DNA of 64,000 nucleotides from Octopus vulgaris (lineage: Eukaryota): contig OX597836.1 of NCBI GenBank assembly GCA_951406725.2, positions 32,116,001-32,180,000 of the forward strand, read 5' to 3'. Every line of letters begins with the position of its first letter. Position 1 is the first letter of the stretch. Of the stretch, positions 63,927 through 64,000 are shown piece after piece. Below the pieces are notes generated by a model. It saw only the letters and a list, made by a program, of their open reading frames with translations, did not search any database and was not told the origin of the DNA. A program made the translations under genes and the position numbers.

Positions 63927-63948
63927 AGTAATTTTTTACTAGTTGTAT
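63869..63948. repeat. Perfect 80-bp palindrome centred on (TA)n
   Basis: ATACAACTAGTAAAAAATTACTGGA-(TA)n-TCCAGTAATTTTTTACTAGTTGTAT. Confidence 0.95.
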
Positions 63949-64000
63949 TTTGTCCTTTTGTCTTCTCTCTTTGTGCTGTATGGGCATTTAATGTGGTTTT

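Overview
AT-rich, microsatellite-saturated animal DNA, intronic or intergenic, with no supportable host protein-coding gene. The mix of SINE families and the (TA)n/(TAA)n/(GAT)n density point to an octopus genome (inference). Almost all supplied ORFs are microsatellite translations. Real content: (i) four kinds of SINE (CORE-type, Meta-type, tRNA-Arg-like head, RTE/Ceph-like tail); (ii) decayed LINE fragments (R4/Dong clade in (TAA)n arrays, HERO, RTE, CR1); (iii) DNA transposon relics (mariner, piggyBac-type MITEs, hAT, Chapaev3-like, possible Kolobok and Helitron ends); (iv) tandem repeats and many fold-back structures. The most interesting signal is a set of minimal type I hammerhead-ribozyme motifs (stem I-CUGANGA-stem II-GAAA-tiny stem III-UH-stem I). 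They lie in several non-coding elements, mostly embedded in (TA)n and often fold-back, resembling Penelope-like terminal repeats or retrozymes. One copy (56735-56769) has every core nucleotide. Everything was read by eye; SINE and microsatellite boundaries are approximate, and family names come from recalled motifs, not database searches.
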